Shown piece after piece: positions 44,720 through 55,193 of a stretch of DNA of 57,656 nucleotides. The stretch lies in assembly GCA_036495625.1 (NCBI GenBank), contig DASXMQ010000091.1:1-57656 (forward strand), given 5' to 3'. Every line of letters begins with the position of its first letter. The stretch's first letter is position 1. Source of the stretch: Candidatus Binataceae bacterium. GTDB taxonomy: Bacteria > Desulfobacterota > Binatia > Binatales > Binataceae. The position numbers and the translations under genes were made by a program. The notes beneath the pieces are model-generated. The model saw nothing but the letters and a program-made list of their open reading frames with translations, did not search any database and had not been told where the DNA came from.

Positions 44720-46576
44720 ATGCGACGTAAAGACATCCGTAACATCGCCATCGTGGCTCACGTTGACCACGGTAAAACCACCCTGGTCGATGCACTGCTG
44801 CGCCAGTCGGGCGTCTTCCGCGCCAACGAGCACGTGGCCGAGCGCGTGATGGATTCGTTTGCGCTGGAGCGCGAACGCGGCATCACCATCATGGCCAAGA
44901 ACACGTCGATCGCCTGGCGCGACGTGCGAATCAATATCGTCGACACGCCCGGCCATTCCGACTTCGGCGGTGAGGTCGAGCGCACGCTCGCGATGGTGGA
45001 TGGCATCCTGCTCCTGGTGGACGCCTCCGAAGGGCCGCTGCCGCAGACCCGCTTCGTCCTGCGCAAGGCGCTCGAGGCCGGTCTTCCCGCGGTGCTCTGC
45101 ATCAACAAGATCGATCGCGCCGACGCGCGGCCGGCCGAGGTGCTCGACGAAGTTTACGATCTGTTCATCGACCTCGGCGCCAACGACAGCCAGCTCGATT
45201 TCCCGATTCTCTACACCAACGCGCGTGCGGGCCTCGCGCTGACCCGGGCCGACGGCAACGGCGAGAACCTTGGACCGCTGTTCGAGACGATCGTGGATCA
45301 TCTGCCCGGCCCCGAAATCGACCCCGAGGCGCCGCTGCAGTTCCAGGCCAACAACATCGACTACGACGAATACGTCGGCCGCCTCGCGATCGGACGGGTC
45401 GTCGCGGGCAAGATCAGTACGGGCGGGGCCTACGCGCTCGCGCGGGCCGACGGCTCGAGCGAACCGTGCAAGGTGGCGCACCTTTACGGCTGGCGCGGAC
45501 TCAAGCGGACCGAGATTTCATCGGCCGACGCCGGCGACATCGTGATGGTCGCGGGCCTCGAGGACATCGAGATCGGCGATACCATCACCGACCCCGAAAA
45601 TCCGCGGCCGCTCCCCGGCATCAGGGTGGACGAGCCGACCGTGGCGATGACCTTCTCGGTCAACAACGCGCCGTGGGCCGGGCGCGAGGGACAGTTCGTC
45701 ACTTCGCGCAAGCTCGGCGCGCGGATCGAGCTCGAGTCGCGGCGCAACGTGAGCGTGCGGATCGAGCAGTCGGGCGCCGATTCGTGGCGCGTGCTCGGAC
45801 GCGGCGAGCTGGCGCTCGCGGTGATCATCGAAACGATGCGCCGCGAGGGCTACGAGCTGCAGGCGTCCAAGCCGACCGTGGTGACGCGCAATTCAGGGGG
45901 CGAGCTGCTCGAGCCGATGGAATTCCTGGTGATCGATGTCCCCGAGGACAACATCGGACTCGTCACCCAGCTGCTTTCGGCGCGCAAGGGCCGGATGCGG
46001 ACGATGACGACCCATCAGAGCGGCCGCGTGCGGCTGGAATACGACGTTCCGGCGCGCGGGCTCATCGGCTTCCGCGGCCGCTTTCTCGCCGACACCCGCG
46101 GGACCGGGGTGATGCACTCGGTGTTCAACGGCTATGCACCGTGGTGCGGAGCGATCCGTTCGCGCCAGAACGGCGCGATGATTTCCGACCGCGAAGGGGT
46201 CGCGACGCCGTACGCCATTTTTCATCTGCAGGAGCGCGGGATCTTTTTTATCGGCGCCGGCGAGCCGGTGTATGAGGGCATGATCGTCGGCGAATACGCG
46301 CGCGAGACCAACCTGCCGGTCAACGTCTGCCGCGAGAAGAAGCTCACCAACATCCGCGCAGCCGGTCACGACGAGGCCGTGCGGCTGAGCCCGCCGCGCG
46401 TGATGACGCTCGACACGGCGCTCGAGTGGATCGACGAGGAAGAACTGGTCGAGTTGACGCCGCAGTCGGTTCGGCTGCGCAACCGCGTGCTCAAAACGGG
46501 ACTTCGCGGCAAGCATCGCGCGGGCTGGCTCGAGACTGCCGGGGCCGGCGCGGCCGCAACCGCCGAAAGCGAGTGA
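44720..46576 (+). CDS. typA: translational GTPase TypA/BipA
   Basis: [24 protein letters not shown] and NKIDR; 618 aa. Confidence 0.95.
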   Translation: MRRKDIRNIAIVAHVDHGKTTLVDALLRQSGVFRANEHVAERVMDSFALERERGITIMAKNTSIAWRDVRINIVDTPGHSDFGGEVERTLAMVDGILLLVDASEGPLPQTRFVLRKALEAGLPAVLCINKIDRADARPAEVLDEVYDLFIDLGANDSQLDFPILYTNARAGLALTRADGNGENLGPLFETIVDHLPGPEIDPEAPLQFQANNIDYDEYVGRLAIGRVVAGKISTGGAYALARADGSSEPCKVAHLYGWRGLKRTEISSADAGDIVMVAGLEDIEIGDTITDPENPRPLPGIRVDEPTVAMTFSVNNAPWAGREGQFVTSRKLGARIELESRRNVSVRIEQSGADSWRVLGRGELALAVIIETMRREGYELQASKPTVVTRNSGGELLEPMEFLVIDVPEDNIGLVTQLLSARKGRMRTMTTHQSGRVRLEYDVPARGLIGFRGRFLADTRGTGVMHSVFNGYAPWCGAIRSRQNGAMISDREGVATPYAIFHLQERGIFFIGAGEPVYEGMIVGEYARETNLPVNVCREKKLTNIRAAGHDEAVRLSPPRVMTLDTALEWIDEEELVELTPQSVRLRNRVLKTGLRGKHRAGWLETAGAGAAATAESE

Positions 46577-46656
46577 CGCGCGCGCCCGCCGTTTTCGGCT
46601 CGCACGCGGCGGCGCTTAAATTCCCCACATGATCTAGACTGGGAACCCGGTTCCTG

Positions 46657-49600
46657 ATGAGACTCGTGCGCGCCGCCGCGATCACCCTCCTCTCCCTGGC
46701 CGTGCTGCTTGCGGCGGCGGCGGCCATCGCAGTCCGCAACCAGGCGCGCCTGATTCGCCTGGTCATCCGGCACATCCAGGAACAGAGCGGCTATCAGATC
46801 GTCGCGAGCGACGGATGGCTGCAGTTCGGCGCACATCTCGGCGTGGTGCTGGAGCATCCGAGCATCATGCACGAAGGCCGCGAGCTGGTACGCGCCGAGC
46901 GAGTGCGTGTGTACTTGAGCTACCACGCTCTGATCTGGAACGGCGGCCTTCCGCTGCGCGCCCTGGTGGTTATCGGTCCACAATTGCGGGTCCCGGCAAG
47001 CTCGGCCGCACTCGGTCCGCAATTGCTCCCGCGCCCCAACGGGCCCGCGATTCGGGAGGTGGCGCAGGAGTTCCGCGAGTTCTCGGGCCTGGTCGAGCGC
47101 GTCACGATCGCCGACGCCCGCATCGGCGACGCTGCCGGTCAGCCGCTGGTCGAAGAGTTGTCGCTGACGGCCGCACCGCGGCGCAGGCACGCGAAGACCT
47201 GGAATATCGGCTTCCTCGCGCCGCGCATTTACACGGCGCTGAGCGGCCTTCAGGCGAGCGGCCGGCTCAGTATCGACACCAACCGTCTATCCAGCGCCGA
47301 GGCCCTGACCACCGGAGAGCTCTGGTTCTGGAACGGTCGGCTCGATCGCCAGCCCGTCGCCGGCTTGACCGTGAGCGGACTCGCGCACGGCGAAGCGACT
47401 TTCCAGTTGCACGACACCGGCGAACTTGACGGCCGCGGCGACCTTGCCGTCGGCCAACTGAGCTTCTCCGGCGCACACTTGAGCAAGCCGATCGAGCTCG
47501 GCAACTGCTCGCTCAGAGCGATCTACTCGGTCTCCACCGAACGCATACTGCTCGCGGGCATGGAAGCGCGTATCGGGACGACCACGGTCGCGTCGGGCGA
47601 TCTGACGCTCAGCGATCCGTTCAAGGACAGCGCCGCGATACTCGCGCATCTCGGCCCCCTGCGGATCGACCTGGCCGTGCTCAAGACGCAGCTCGACAAT
47701 GCGCGCGCGATGGCCAAGCCGCCCGCGTGGCTTGCGGCGGCGTCGGTCGCCGGCCGAGTGACGATGGTCGGAGCAACGTATCAGAGCGCGCTCAGAAACA
47801 CCGGCTGGAGCGCGGGAGCGCTCTCCGATGCGCTGCAGTTTTCGCTGCACCTCGAAAACGTCGGCCTCAAGCTGCCGACGCATGCGGCGCTGCCGGCGTT
47901 CACGGGAATTAACGGCGAGATAGCGTATGCGAAGGGCCGCGTGACGCTCTCGCAGGGATCGGCGGCGCTCGGCAATTCGTCGTTTCCGCGGCTGAGCGGC
48001 AGCGCCGATTTCCGCTCCGGCCATCGGCGGGTGCGCTACCAGGTCAAGGTAGCCGGGACTCTCAACCTCGATGAGCTCTATCCCGTCGCGCTGCAGCTTT
48101 CTCCGGCGTTGGCCGCCAGAGCGGCGGGACATATCGACGGGATGTCCGGCAACGCGCCGGTGCAAATCAGCGGATCGGGCGCGCTCGATACCGAGGCGCC
48201 GGCGCCGCCCGCGACGTACAGGGTGAAAATCGACACCAGCGCCATTCGCCTGACCGACAAAGACCTGCCGCAGCCGATCGCGCTGGTCGGCGGCAGCGTG
48301 ACGGTCTCGCCCGGGATTATCGAGATGAGCCGCATGATGGCCGCCGTCGCCAAGCCCAAGGTTCCGGGAGAGGTGACGCTTACCGGGAGCCTGACGTTCA
48401 ACCGCGGCCGGATCGGCCTGCGTCAGATCGCCGTCGAGTTGCATCAGATCGAAGTGGAGCAGTGGCTGCCGCTGGTCGTCGACCCGCAGGATCTTGCGGC
48501 GCGCGGCCCGCTCGGCGGCACGCTGACGATCGTGCGCGAGCCGAGCCGCCCCCAGGGCATCCGCGCCAACGGCCTTCTCACGATGGGCGCGGGCCAGGTG
48601 CAACTGGGCTTTTTGCGCGCGCCGATCGTGGCCGAGTCGGCAACGCTCAGCCTCGACGGGCGCGGCATGCTGCTCGCGATCATCGGGGCGAAGCTGCAAA
48701 ACGCCCCCTTCGATTTCTCGCTCGGCGTCGCCGACCTCGAACATCCCGTGCTCCGCATCGTCGCCAACGCGGGGCGGCTGGACCTCGAAGTGATGAAGTT
48801 CATCCGTCTGCCGTGGGCGCCGAGTCCGCCGGCCCATTTTTTCCCGGTGCCGGTGGTCGGCCATATCGATGCCGCCCGGGCCACGCTCGAGCGCCTTGCG
48901 CTGACGCATGCGCGATGCGACTTCAGCCGCGAGATGAACGGCGACTGGAGCGTACACAACTTCAGTGCGATCATGTTCGAGGGCCGCGCCGACATGGAGT
49001 TTTCCGGCCGCGGCCGCGACGATTGGATTCATGTCAAAGGCGGCCTTAACCAGGTGCAGGCCGGCCCGCTCTTCAGCCTCGCGGATCCGCACACGCCGCC
49101 TCCGCTGTCCGGCCGGCTCAAGGCCAGGGGCGACCTGTGGGCCAACTCCAATACCGATTTCTTCAACACGATGGCCGGCTCCGTTTCCTTCGACGTGACC
49201 GATGGCGTGCTGCACAAGTTCGCTCTGCTCTCACGCATCCTGAGCTTCCTCGATCTCAAGACCTGGCTTTCGGCCAAAGTTCCCGACCCGCGCATCAACG
49301 GCGTGCCGTTCCAGACGCTGACCGCCGACTTCAAAGGCAGCGACGGCGACTTCTACTCCGAAAACCTGCTGCTGCGCGGCCCGATCATGAACATTTCGGC
49401 GCTCGGCCATATGCGTCTCGGCGACGGCCACGTCGACATGCAGGTGGGGATGGTGCCGTTCAAAACAGTCAACTGGCTGGTGGCCAAGGTGCCCATAATC
49501 GGCGAGGGACTTTCCTCCGAGCATTTTGTCGCCGCCTACTTTCACGTCACCGGCCCGCTCTCCAATCCACACGTCGTTCCCCTGCCGATCACCTCGGTCG

Positions 49601-49680
49601 CGTATTTCCTGACCAACGTGCTCAAGGTCCCGCTAAATATCCTGAAGGGGATCGGTCACAATGGCGGCACCGCAAACTGA
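46657..49680 (+). CDS. AsmA/YhdP-like large membrane-anchored protein
   Basis: 1007 aa with an N-terminal TM (AAITLLSLAVLLAAAAAIA) and a long beta-rich body. The C-terminal block (ISALGHMRLGDGHVDMQVGMVPFKTVNWLVAKVPIIGE...HVTGPLSNP) is typical of AsmA-like C-terminal regions. Confidence 0.75.
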   Translation: MRLVRAAAITLLSLAVLLAAAAAIAVRNQARLIRLVIRHIQEQSGYQIVASDGWLQFGAHLGVVLEHPSIMHEGRELVRAERVRVYLSYHALIWNGGLPLRALVVIGPQLRVPASSAALGPQLLPRPNGPAIREVAQEFREFSGLVERVTIADARIGDAAGQPLVEELSLTAAPRRRHAKTWNIGFLAPRIYTALSGLQASGRLSIDTNRLSSAEALTTGELWFWNGRLDRQPVAGLTVSGLAHGEATFQLHDTGELDGRGDLAVGQLSFSGAHLSKPIELGNCSLRAIYSVSTERILLAGMEARIGTTTVASGDLTLSDPFKDSAAILAHLGPLRIDLAVLKTQLDNARAMAKPPAWLAAASVAGRVTMVGATYQSALRNTGWSAGALSDALQFSLHLENVGLKLPTHAALPAFTGINGEIAYAKGRVTLSQGSAALGNSSFPRLSGSADFRSGHRRVRYQVKVAGTLNLDELYPVALQLSPALAARAAGHIDGMSGNAPVQISGSGALDTEAPAPPATYRVKIDTSAIRLTDKDLPQPIALVGGSVTVSPGIIEMSRMMAAVAKPKVPGEVTLTGSLTFNRGRIGLRQIAVELHQIEVEQWLPLVVDPQDLAARGPLGGTLTIVREPSRPQGIRANGLLTMGAGQVQLGFLRAPIVAESATLSLDGRGMLLAIIGAKLQNAPFDFSLGVADLEHPVLRIVANAGRLDLEVMKFIRLPWAPSPPAHFFPVPVVGHIDAARATLERLALTHARCDFSREMNGDWSVHNFSAIMFEGRADMEFSGRGRDDWIHVKGGLNQVQAGPLFSLADPHTPPPLSGRLKARGDLWANSNTDFFNTMAGSVSFDVTDGVLHKFALLSRILSFLDLKTWLSAKVPDPRINGVPFQTLTADFKGSDGDFYSENLLLRGPIMNISALGHMRLGDGHVDMQVGMVPFKTVNWLVAKVPIIGEGLSSEHFVAAYFHVTGPLSNPHVVPLPITSVAYFLTNVLKVPLNILKGIGHNGGTAN

Positions 49681-50506
49681 GCCGCACGGCACGCGCGCAC
49701 GCAGCATCACGGCGACGCCGATCAAAAACACCCGCCCTGCCCGGCGCTCGCCGGCAGCGGATCGATCGAGCCGGGACATCACGCTGATCGTCTTTTGCCG
49801 CGAGCCGCTCGCCGGCCAGACCAAAACCCGGCTCATCCCGCGCCTCGGCGCCGATAACGCGGCCGCGCTGGCGCGCGCCTTCATCGACGACGCGCTCGGC
49901 AAGTGCCGCGCGCTGGCCCCCGCGCGAATCGTGATCGCCGCGAGCGCACCCGGGGGCGCCGGGAACAGCGCCTGGCTTCGCCGCACCGCGCGTCGCTTCG
50001 GCGCGGCGCTCGTCGATCAGGGTAGCGGCGGCCTCGGCGCACAGATGGCGCGCGCGCTCGAACCGTACTGCGCCGGCGGCGCGGCGCTTATCGGCACCGA
50101 CACGCCGTCGCTACCGCTCGCGCTGCTCGCGCGAAGCGTTGCGCTGCTTGGGCAGGCGCCGGTCGTCATCGCGCCGAGCCTCGACGGCGGATACTACCTG
50201 GTCGGGGTACGCGGCCCGCTGCCGGATATTTTTCGCGCGATTCGATGGGGCCGCAAAAACGTGCTCCGCCAGACGCTGGCGCGGCTGCGCCGCAGCCGGA
50301 CGCGTTACGCCCTTGGCCCGGCATGGTACGACGTCGATCGCATGAGCGATGTCGCGCTGCTGGCTGCGCATCTTGCGCTGATGAAGGCGCAAGGCCGCGC
50401 CGCGAGCGCGCGCGGGCACGCCGGCGCATCGCGCCCCTCGCCGCTGCCGTGCCCGGCGACTGCCGGAGTGCTGCAGCGGCTTGGACTGCTCCGCGCCGGC
50501 CGCTAG
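49661..50506 (+). CDS. DUF2064 / TIGR04282-family glycosyltransferase-like protein
   Basis: LIVFCREPLAGQTKTRL, GTDTPSLP and DGGYYLVG blocks. Overlaps the preceding gene by 20 nt; the N-terminal 38 aa are basic, so the start is uncertain. Confidence 0.7.
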   Translation: MAAPQTEPHGTRARSITATPIKNTRPARRSPAADRSSRDITLIVFCREPLAGQTKTRLIPRLGADNAAALARAFIDDALGKCRALAPARIVIAASAPGGAGNSAWLRRTARRFGAALVDQGSGGLGAQMARALEPYCAGGAALIGTDTPSLPLALLARSVALLGQAPVVIAPSLDGGYYLVGVRGPLPDIFRAIRWGRKNVLRQTLARLRRSRTRYALGPAWYDVDRMSDVALLAAHLALMKAQGRAASARGHAGASRPSPLPCPATAGVLQRLGLLRAGR

Positions 50507-50517
50507 AGTAACGCGCT

Positions 50518-50901
50518 GTGTCCGCATCGCAGGCGAGAATCGTGCTGTCCACCGCTGGCCGCGAACAGGAGGCGCGGGCGCTCGCGCGCCGGCTGGTCGG
50601 CGAGCGGCTCGCGGCGTGCGTCAATATCGTGGGGCCGATCCGTTCGGTGTATAGATGGCGCGGCGCGGTCGAGGAGGAGCCCGAGTTTCTCCTGCTCATC
50701 AAGACCCGCGCGACTCTTCTTCGGCGCCTCGAGCGGCGTTTGATCGAGCTTCACAGCTACGAGGTCCCCGAGATGCTCGCGCTCACGCCAGGCGCCGGGT
50801 CGGCGGCCTATCTCGGATGGCTGCTTGAATCGACTGCGGCGAAGCCGCCGCGCACCGCGCCGCGCGCGGGGCAAGCGCGTGGCGGACGCGGCCGCAAGTA
50901 A
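50518..50901 (+). CDS. cutA: divalent-cation tolerance protein CutA
   Basis: AACVNIVGPIRSVYRWRGAVEEEPEFLLLIKT...HSYEVPE. Confidence 0.85.
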   Translation: MSASQARIVLSTAGREQEARALARRLVGERLAACVNIVGPIRSVYRWRGAVEEEPEFLLLIKTRATLLRRLERRLIELHSYEVPEMLALTPGAGSAAYLGWLLESTAAKPPRTAPRAGQARGGRGRK

Positions 50902-50912
50902 AGAGGCGCGCG

Positions 50913-51995
50913 ATGTTTCGCAAGGCGATCCACCGGATGGCGCCCTACGTGCCCGGCGAGCAGCCGCGGCCGGGCGAGCGCCTGGTCAAACTCAACACCA
51001 ACGAGAACCCCTACCCGCCCTCGCCGCGGGTGCTCAGGGCCGTGGCGCGCGCCATGCTCGGCCAGGCGCTGCGCCGCTATCCCGCGCCGCAAGCCGACGA
51101 TTTCATCGCGGCGGCGGCGCACCGCTACGGCTTTGCGCCGCGGATGATCATGGCGGGCAATGGCTCCGACGAACTGCTGGCGATGCTCTTTCGGGCGACG
51201 CTCGGACCCGGTGACCGCGCGGCCTGGCCCGCGCCGACCTATTCGCTCTACGAAACGCTCGCTGCCGTGCAGGAGGCGCGCGTGCTTGCGCCGCCGTGGG
51301 GGCCGGATTTCGAACTGCCGCTTGAAGCGCTGGTGCGCGCGCGCGCGCGGCTGACGATCGTATGCAACCCGAATTCGCCTTCGGGCACGCTCACGCCGCG
51401 CCGCACGCTCGCGCGTCTAGCGCGGATGCTCGACGGCCGTCTGCTCGCGATCGACGAGGCCTACGTTGACTTCGCGGAGGATCACGCGCTCGGCCTGGTG
51501 AAAAGGTTTCCGAACGTCACAGTGCTGCGCTCGTTGTCGAAATCCTATTCGCTGGCCGGGATGCGCCTTGGGCTCTGCTTCGCCCATCCCCGGATCCTCG
51601 AGCAGCTCGGCAAGGTCAAGGATTCGTACAACCTGAGCCGCGTGGCGATCGCCGCGGGCGCCGCGGCGCTGGACGACGACGCCTGGATGCGCCGCAATGT
51701 CGAGCGGGTCAAGCGCGCGCGCGCCGCGGCCGCGCGCCGTCTGATCGAAATGGGATTCACGGTGCCGCCGTCGGCGGCCAATTTCGTGCTGGCGCGGATG
51801 CCCGGACGCGACCTCGGCCCGGTGGCCGCGGGACTGCGCAAACGCGGGGTGCTGGTGCGCTTCTTTCGCGCGTGGCCCGACGCGCTGAGGATTTCGATCG
51901 GCACGCCGGCCGAGATGGCCGCGCTGTTCAAGGCGCTCGCGCCGCTCGCCGCGGCCCTGACGGCGGCGCCCCGCAACGGCCGCGTGCGGAGTTGA
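50913..51995 (+). CDS. hisC: histidinol-phosphate aminotransferase
   Basis: LNTNENPYPPSP, NPNSPSG and SLSKSYSLAGMRLG (PLP Lys). Confidence 0.9.
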   Translation: MFRKAIHRMAPYVPGEQPRPGERLVKLNTNENPYPPSPRVLRAVARAMLGQALRRYPAPQADDFIAAAAHRYGFAPRMIMAGNGSDELLAMLFRATLGPGDRAAWPAPTYSLYETLAAVQEARVLAPPWGPDFELPLEALVRARARLTIVCNPNSPSGTLTPRRTLARLARMLDGRLLAIDEAYVDFAEDHALGLVKRFPNVTVLRSLSKSYSLAGMRLGLCFAHPRILEQLGKVKDSYNLSRVAIAAGAAALDDDAWMRRNVERVKRARAAAARRLIEMGFTVPPSAANFVLARMPGRDLGPVAAGLRKRGVLVRFFRAWPDALRISIGTPAEMAALFKALAPLAAALTAAPRNGRVRS

Positions 51996-52126
51996 TCGCG
52001 CGGGCGCGCCGCGCGCTGGCGGGGATGGCATCGGCGATGAGCCGGCTCGGACAGATGTTCTCGCGCTTTCGCTCCGCGCGCGCCGCCTCCGAGAGCCAGT
52101 CCGAAAAGCCCGAAGCGACGAGCGCG

Positions 52127-52696
52127 ATGCGCTGGGTCGTCGCCGGCCTGGGCAATCCGGGCGAGCAGTACCAGCGCTCGGCCCACAACATCGGCTTCAG
52201 CGTAATCGATCGGCTGGCCGAGAAATCCGGAGCGCGGCTCGACCGGCGCAAGTTCAAGGGAATCTGCGGCGAGGCGCGGATCGGCGCGGACGGCGCGATC
52301 CTGGTGAAGCCGCAGACCTACTACAACCTGAGCGGCGAATGCGTCGCGGCGATCCTCGGCTACTACAAGATTCCGGCCGAACGTCTGATCGTCGTCCACG
52401 ACGAAATCGATCTCGAACCGCGGCAGATCCGGCTGAAGCGCGGCGGCGGCGACGCCGGCAATCGCGGCGTGCGCTCGATCGCCGCCGTACTGGGCACGCC
52501 GGAGTTCGTGCGCGTGCGGGTGGGAATCGGACGACCGGCGCCGGGACTGGAAGCCAAGGAGCACGTGCTCCATGCTATGGGCCGCGCGGAACTCGAAGCC
52601 TTCAAGGCTTCGATCGAGCGCGCGGCCGAAGCGGTCGAAACGGTTATCGCAAGCGGACTCGAGCGCGCGATGAATCAATACAACCAGCGGGTCTGA
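52127..52696 (+). CDS. pth: peptidyl-tRNA hydrolase
   Basis: Start moved to ATG 52127 (MRWVVAGLGNPGEQYQRSAHNIGF), giving the canonical 189 aa. Upstream in-frame Mets (52025, 51872) overlap hisC or add a non-conserved extension. Confidence 0.9.
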   Translation: MRWVVAGLGNPGEQYQRSAHNIGFSVIDRLAEKSGARLDRRKFKGICGEARIGADGAILVKPQTYYNLSGECVAAILGYYKIPAERLIVVHDEIDLEPRQIRLKRGGGDAGNRGVRSIAAVLGTPEFVRVRVGIGRPAPGLEAKEHVLHAMGRAELEAFKASIERAAEAVETVIASGLERAMNQYNQRV

Positions 52697-52767
52697 GCCC
52701 GGCGCGCGATGCGCGCGCGGCGCCGAGGCCCGCTGGCGGAGCGCTTCGGCGCAAGCCGCGCCGCGTA

Positions 52768-53685
52768 CTATACCGGTGCGGGCTTGCGCGAGGCCGGCAC
52801 GAGACTTCCGCGATGGCCCCAGATGCTCGGCGCCTGATGCTTTTGCACCTGCCAGGTCGCGTCGTCCACGATCCGCGCGCCCCATCCGTACTCGACCTCG
52901 AAGCCCGACGGCGTGCGCATGTAGAATGACAACATGTGATCGTTGGTGTGGCGCCCCAGCGTGCCCGAGATCTCCACTCCCTGGTCCTGGCAGAGATAGT
53001 AGGTCGAACCCACGTCGTCCACGTGGCGACACTGCATCATGAAGTGCATCAGCCGTCTGGGCGCCGGGATGGCGCCGAAGGCGATCGAATGATGGCGCGG
53101 GTTGCAGTGCATGAAGGTCAGGCTGATCACTCCCTCGCCGCCGCGGCGCGATTGCATGTCGATGAAGTCGCTGACCCGCATGCCCAGCAGATCGCGATAG
53201 AAGTGCAGACTCTTGGCCGGGTCGTCCACGCGCACCACGATATGCCCCAGCCCGAGTTCGCCGGTGACGAATCCGGAGAGCGGCCGAGGCGACTGGAACG
53301 GCCGCTCGAAGGTCATCAGCGGACCAAAGTAGATCTCGGTCGGGATGCCGCTCGGGTCCTTGAGCTTCAGGTATTCGACCACGCGCCGCGCGCGCGCCTC
53401 CTCCGCGGTCGCCGAGGTGACCTCGACGCCGGCGGCCTTCAGCCGCGCGGCGATTTCGCCGAGCGCCGCCTGGTCGCGAACCTCCCATCCGACGAAGTTG
53501 ACGTCGTCATTGCCGCCCGGCTTAAGGATGAATCGATGGTGATACTCGTCCATCCGCAGAAAGGTCGAACCGTCCGCTTCGGCGCCGCTCAGTTCCAGGC
53601 CGAGCACGTCGGTGGCGAAGCGCTGCCATCGCGGAAGATCGCTCACCCCGATGCCCAGGCAACCCAACTGTGTGACACTCGCCAT
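52768..53685 (-). CDS. type I extradiol ring-cleavage dioxygenase (BphC/catechol 2,3-dioxygenase-like, VOC fold)
   Basis: Two VOC modules, LGHIVVRV, HTNDHMLSFYMRTPSGFEVEYG. Confidence 0.85.
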   Translation of the reverse strand: MASVTQLGCLGIGVSDLPRWQRFATDVLGLELSGAEADGSTFLRMDEYHHRFILKPGGNDDVNFVGWEVRDQAALGEIAARLKAAGVEVTSATAEEARARRVVEYLKLKDPSGIPTEIYFGPLMTFERPFQSPRPLSGFVTGELGLGHIVVRVDDPAKSLHFYRDLLGMRVSDFIDMQSRRGGEGVISLTFMHCNPRHHSIAFGAIPAPRRLMHFMMQCRHVDDVGSTYYLCQDQGVEISGTLGRHTNDHMLSFYMRTPSGFEVEYGWGARIVDDATWQVQKHQAPSIWGHRGSLVPASRKPAPV

Positions 53686-53734
53686 AGTGCTCTCCCCGGG
53701 CGGCCTCGCCCCGAACGCAGCGTCCGGCTGCCGA

Positions 53735-54835
53735 TTATACGCTCAACTGGTAAAGCTCGGCGACGTTATCGTGGAGGATCTGGTTCTTCTCCTCCTCGGT
53801 GAGCCCCGCCGTGTGTTTCTTGAGCAATTCCTGCGACCAGGGCCAGGTCGAATCGCTGTGCGGAAAGTCGTTCGCCCACATCAGGCGGCGGAAATTGCAC
53901 AGGTCCTTCATCTTGAACGCAACCCAGTCGTCTTGGAACGTCAGATAGATGTTTTCGCGGAAATACTCGCTCGGCAGCTTCGAGATCGTGCCGGCGGTGA
54001 GCCAGTAGCGATGACGGTCGTAGGCGTGATCCATCCGGTACATGTAATGCGGCGCCCATCCCGCGTCCGCCTCGACGCAGACGATCTTGAGCTTGGGATG
54101 GCGCTCGAACACGCCGCTGAAGATGAGCATCCCGATGATGTCCTGGTTGCCGCGGATGATCGACATGAAGCTGTTGAGCTTGGGCCCGCGGCCGCGGCCC
54201 ACCGCGTCGTCGCGGCTGGTCAGGATGTGAAAGCTGAGCGGCAGGCCGGAATCGATCGCCGCCTCCCAGAACGGATCGTAGATCGGACTGTCGTAGTCCT
54301 CGACCTGCGGATTACCCGGCATCATCACGCCCTTGAGGCCGAGGTCCTTGATGCGCTGGAGGTCGGCGATACCCTCTTCGACCGAGCGCATCGCGGTCTG
54401 CCCGGTGCCGATCAGGCGGTCGGGATGCGCCGCGCAGTAGCTCGCGATCCACTGGTTGTAGGCGTCGAAGCAGGCCTTCTTGTAGTCGTAGTCCTTGTGA
54501 TTGCAGAGCAGCATCCCGACCGTCGGGTAGATGATTTCCGCCGAGACGCCGTCGCGGTCCTGGTCGGCCAGCCGCGCGTTGGGATCCCATCCGCCGCGAT
54601 GCAACTCTTCGAACTTGATGCCGAGCAGGGTCAGTTCCTCGGCCGGCTTGCCGGCGGCGGCGATCAGGCCCATCGGGATCGGCCGCGACATCCCGTCGAT
54701 CATGAACAGGTCGCCCTTGCGCTCGTCATGCACCAGATGCGGCGCGCGGTCTCTGAAGCTGGGATCGATAAAGTCGATGTAGGTGTTTGGCGGTTCGGTG
54801 ATATGCGAATCCGCCGAGATGATCGGTTTCTGCAT
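53735..54835 (-). CDS. amidohydrolase_2 family protein (ACMSD/LigW-type decarboxylase or hydrolase-like)
   Basis: IISADSHITEP opening motif, HPKLKIVCVEADAGW and ANDFPHSDSTWP. Confidence 0.8.
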   Translation of the reverse strand: MQKPIISADSHITEPPNTYIDFIDPSFRDRAPHLVHDERKGDLFMIDGMSRPIPMGLIAAAGKPAEELTLLGIKFEELHRGGWDPNARLADQDRDGVSAEIIYPTVGMLLCNHKDYDYKKACFDAYNQWIASYCAAHPDRLIGTGQTAMRSVEEGIADLQRIKDLGLKGVMMPGNPQVEDYDSPIYDPFWEAAIDSGLPLSFHILTSRDDAVGRGRGPKLNSFMSIIRGNQDIIGMLIFSGVFERHPKLKIVCVEADAGWAPHYMYRMDHAYDRHRYWLTAGTISKLPSEYFRENIYLTFQDDWVAFKMKDLCNFRRLMWANDFPHSDSTWPWSQELLKKHTAGLTEEEKNQILHDNVAELYQLSV

Positions 54836-54850
54836 TTTCCTTCCTCGCGA

Positions 54851-54869
54851 AGGCTCCGGGGCGGAGCCT
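54851..54869 (-). promoter_or_regulatory. 8-bp GC hairpin in the 5' leader just upstream of the amidohydrolase SD
   Basis: AGGCTCCG-ggg-CGGAGCCT; the SD GGAAGGA and ATG 54835 follow on the minus strand. Confidence 0.35.
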
Positions 54870-54996
54870 GGGATACAGACGTTGTTCCGTTCCTGCCGTA
54901 ACTTTTACTAAACGGCCGCTGAGTTTACAACGAACAGCGCCGCCCGTGCGTGAGCGCGCGCGACTCGCACGCGACGGGGCATGCGGCGCGGATGTC

Positions 54997-55071
54997 GGCA
55001 AAAGACTCGGCAAAAGTCTTGGCAAAAGCCTTCGTAAAGGCCTTCGCAAAAGCCTTCGCAAAGGCGTTCGC
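54997..55071. repeat. 12-bp tandem repeat, six copies (consensus SGCAAARGCCTT)
   Basis: GGCAAAAGACTC GGCAAAAGTCTT GGCAAAAGCCTT CGTAAAGGCCTT CGCAAAAGCCTT CGCAAAGGCGTT CGC. Lies in the 358-bp divergent intergenic region. Confidence 0.9.
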
Positions 55072-55193
55072 TGGATCGGCCGCTCGCCTCTGCGATATAA
55101 CTGGCCTTGGATTAAGTTCCCTTCCGGATTCCCAAGCCATATGCCGGACGCCAACATGCGGCGTACCGGCGCAAGGAGCTGCAGGAGAATCAG

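Noticed and set aside
47287-49215. 642-aa minus-strand ORF
   Set aside because: It is antisense to the AsmA/YhdP-like gene, whose N-terminal TM and C-terminal family block support the plus frame. The composition is Arg-rich.
51545-53488. 647-aa minus-strand ORF
   Set aside because: It runs antisense or out of frame across hisC, pth and the extradiol dioxygenase, all of which have clear motifs in their own frames.
2222-55071. Tandem repeat arrays at 2222, 25051, 39951 and 54997 as possible CRISPR arrays
   Set aside because: The units are 12-19 bp and directly abutting, with no spacers. There are no cas genes and the repeats lack a CRISPR-like length of 24-48 bp.
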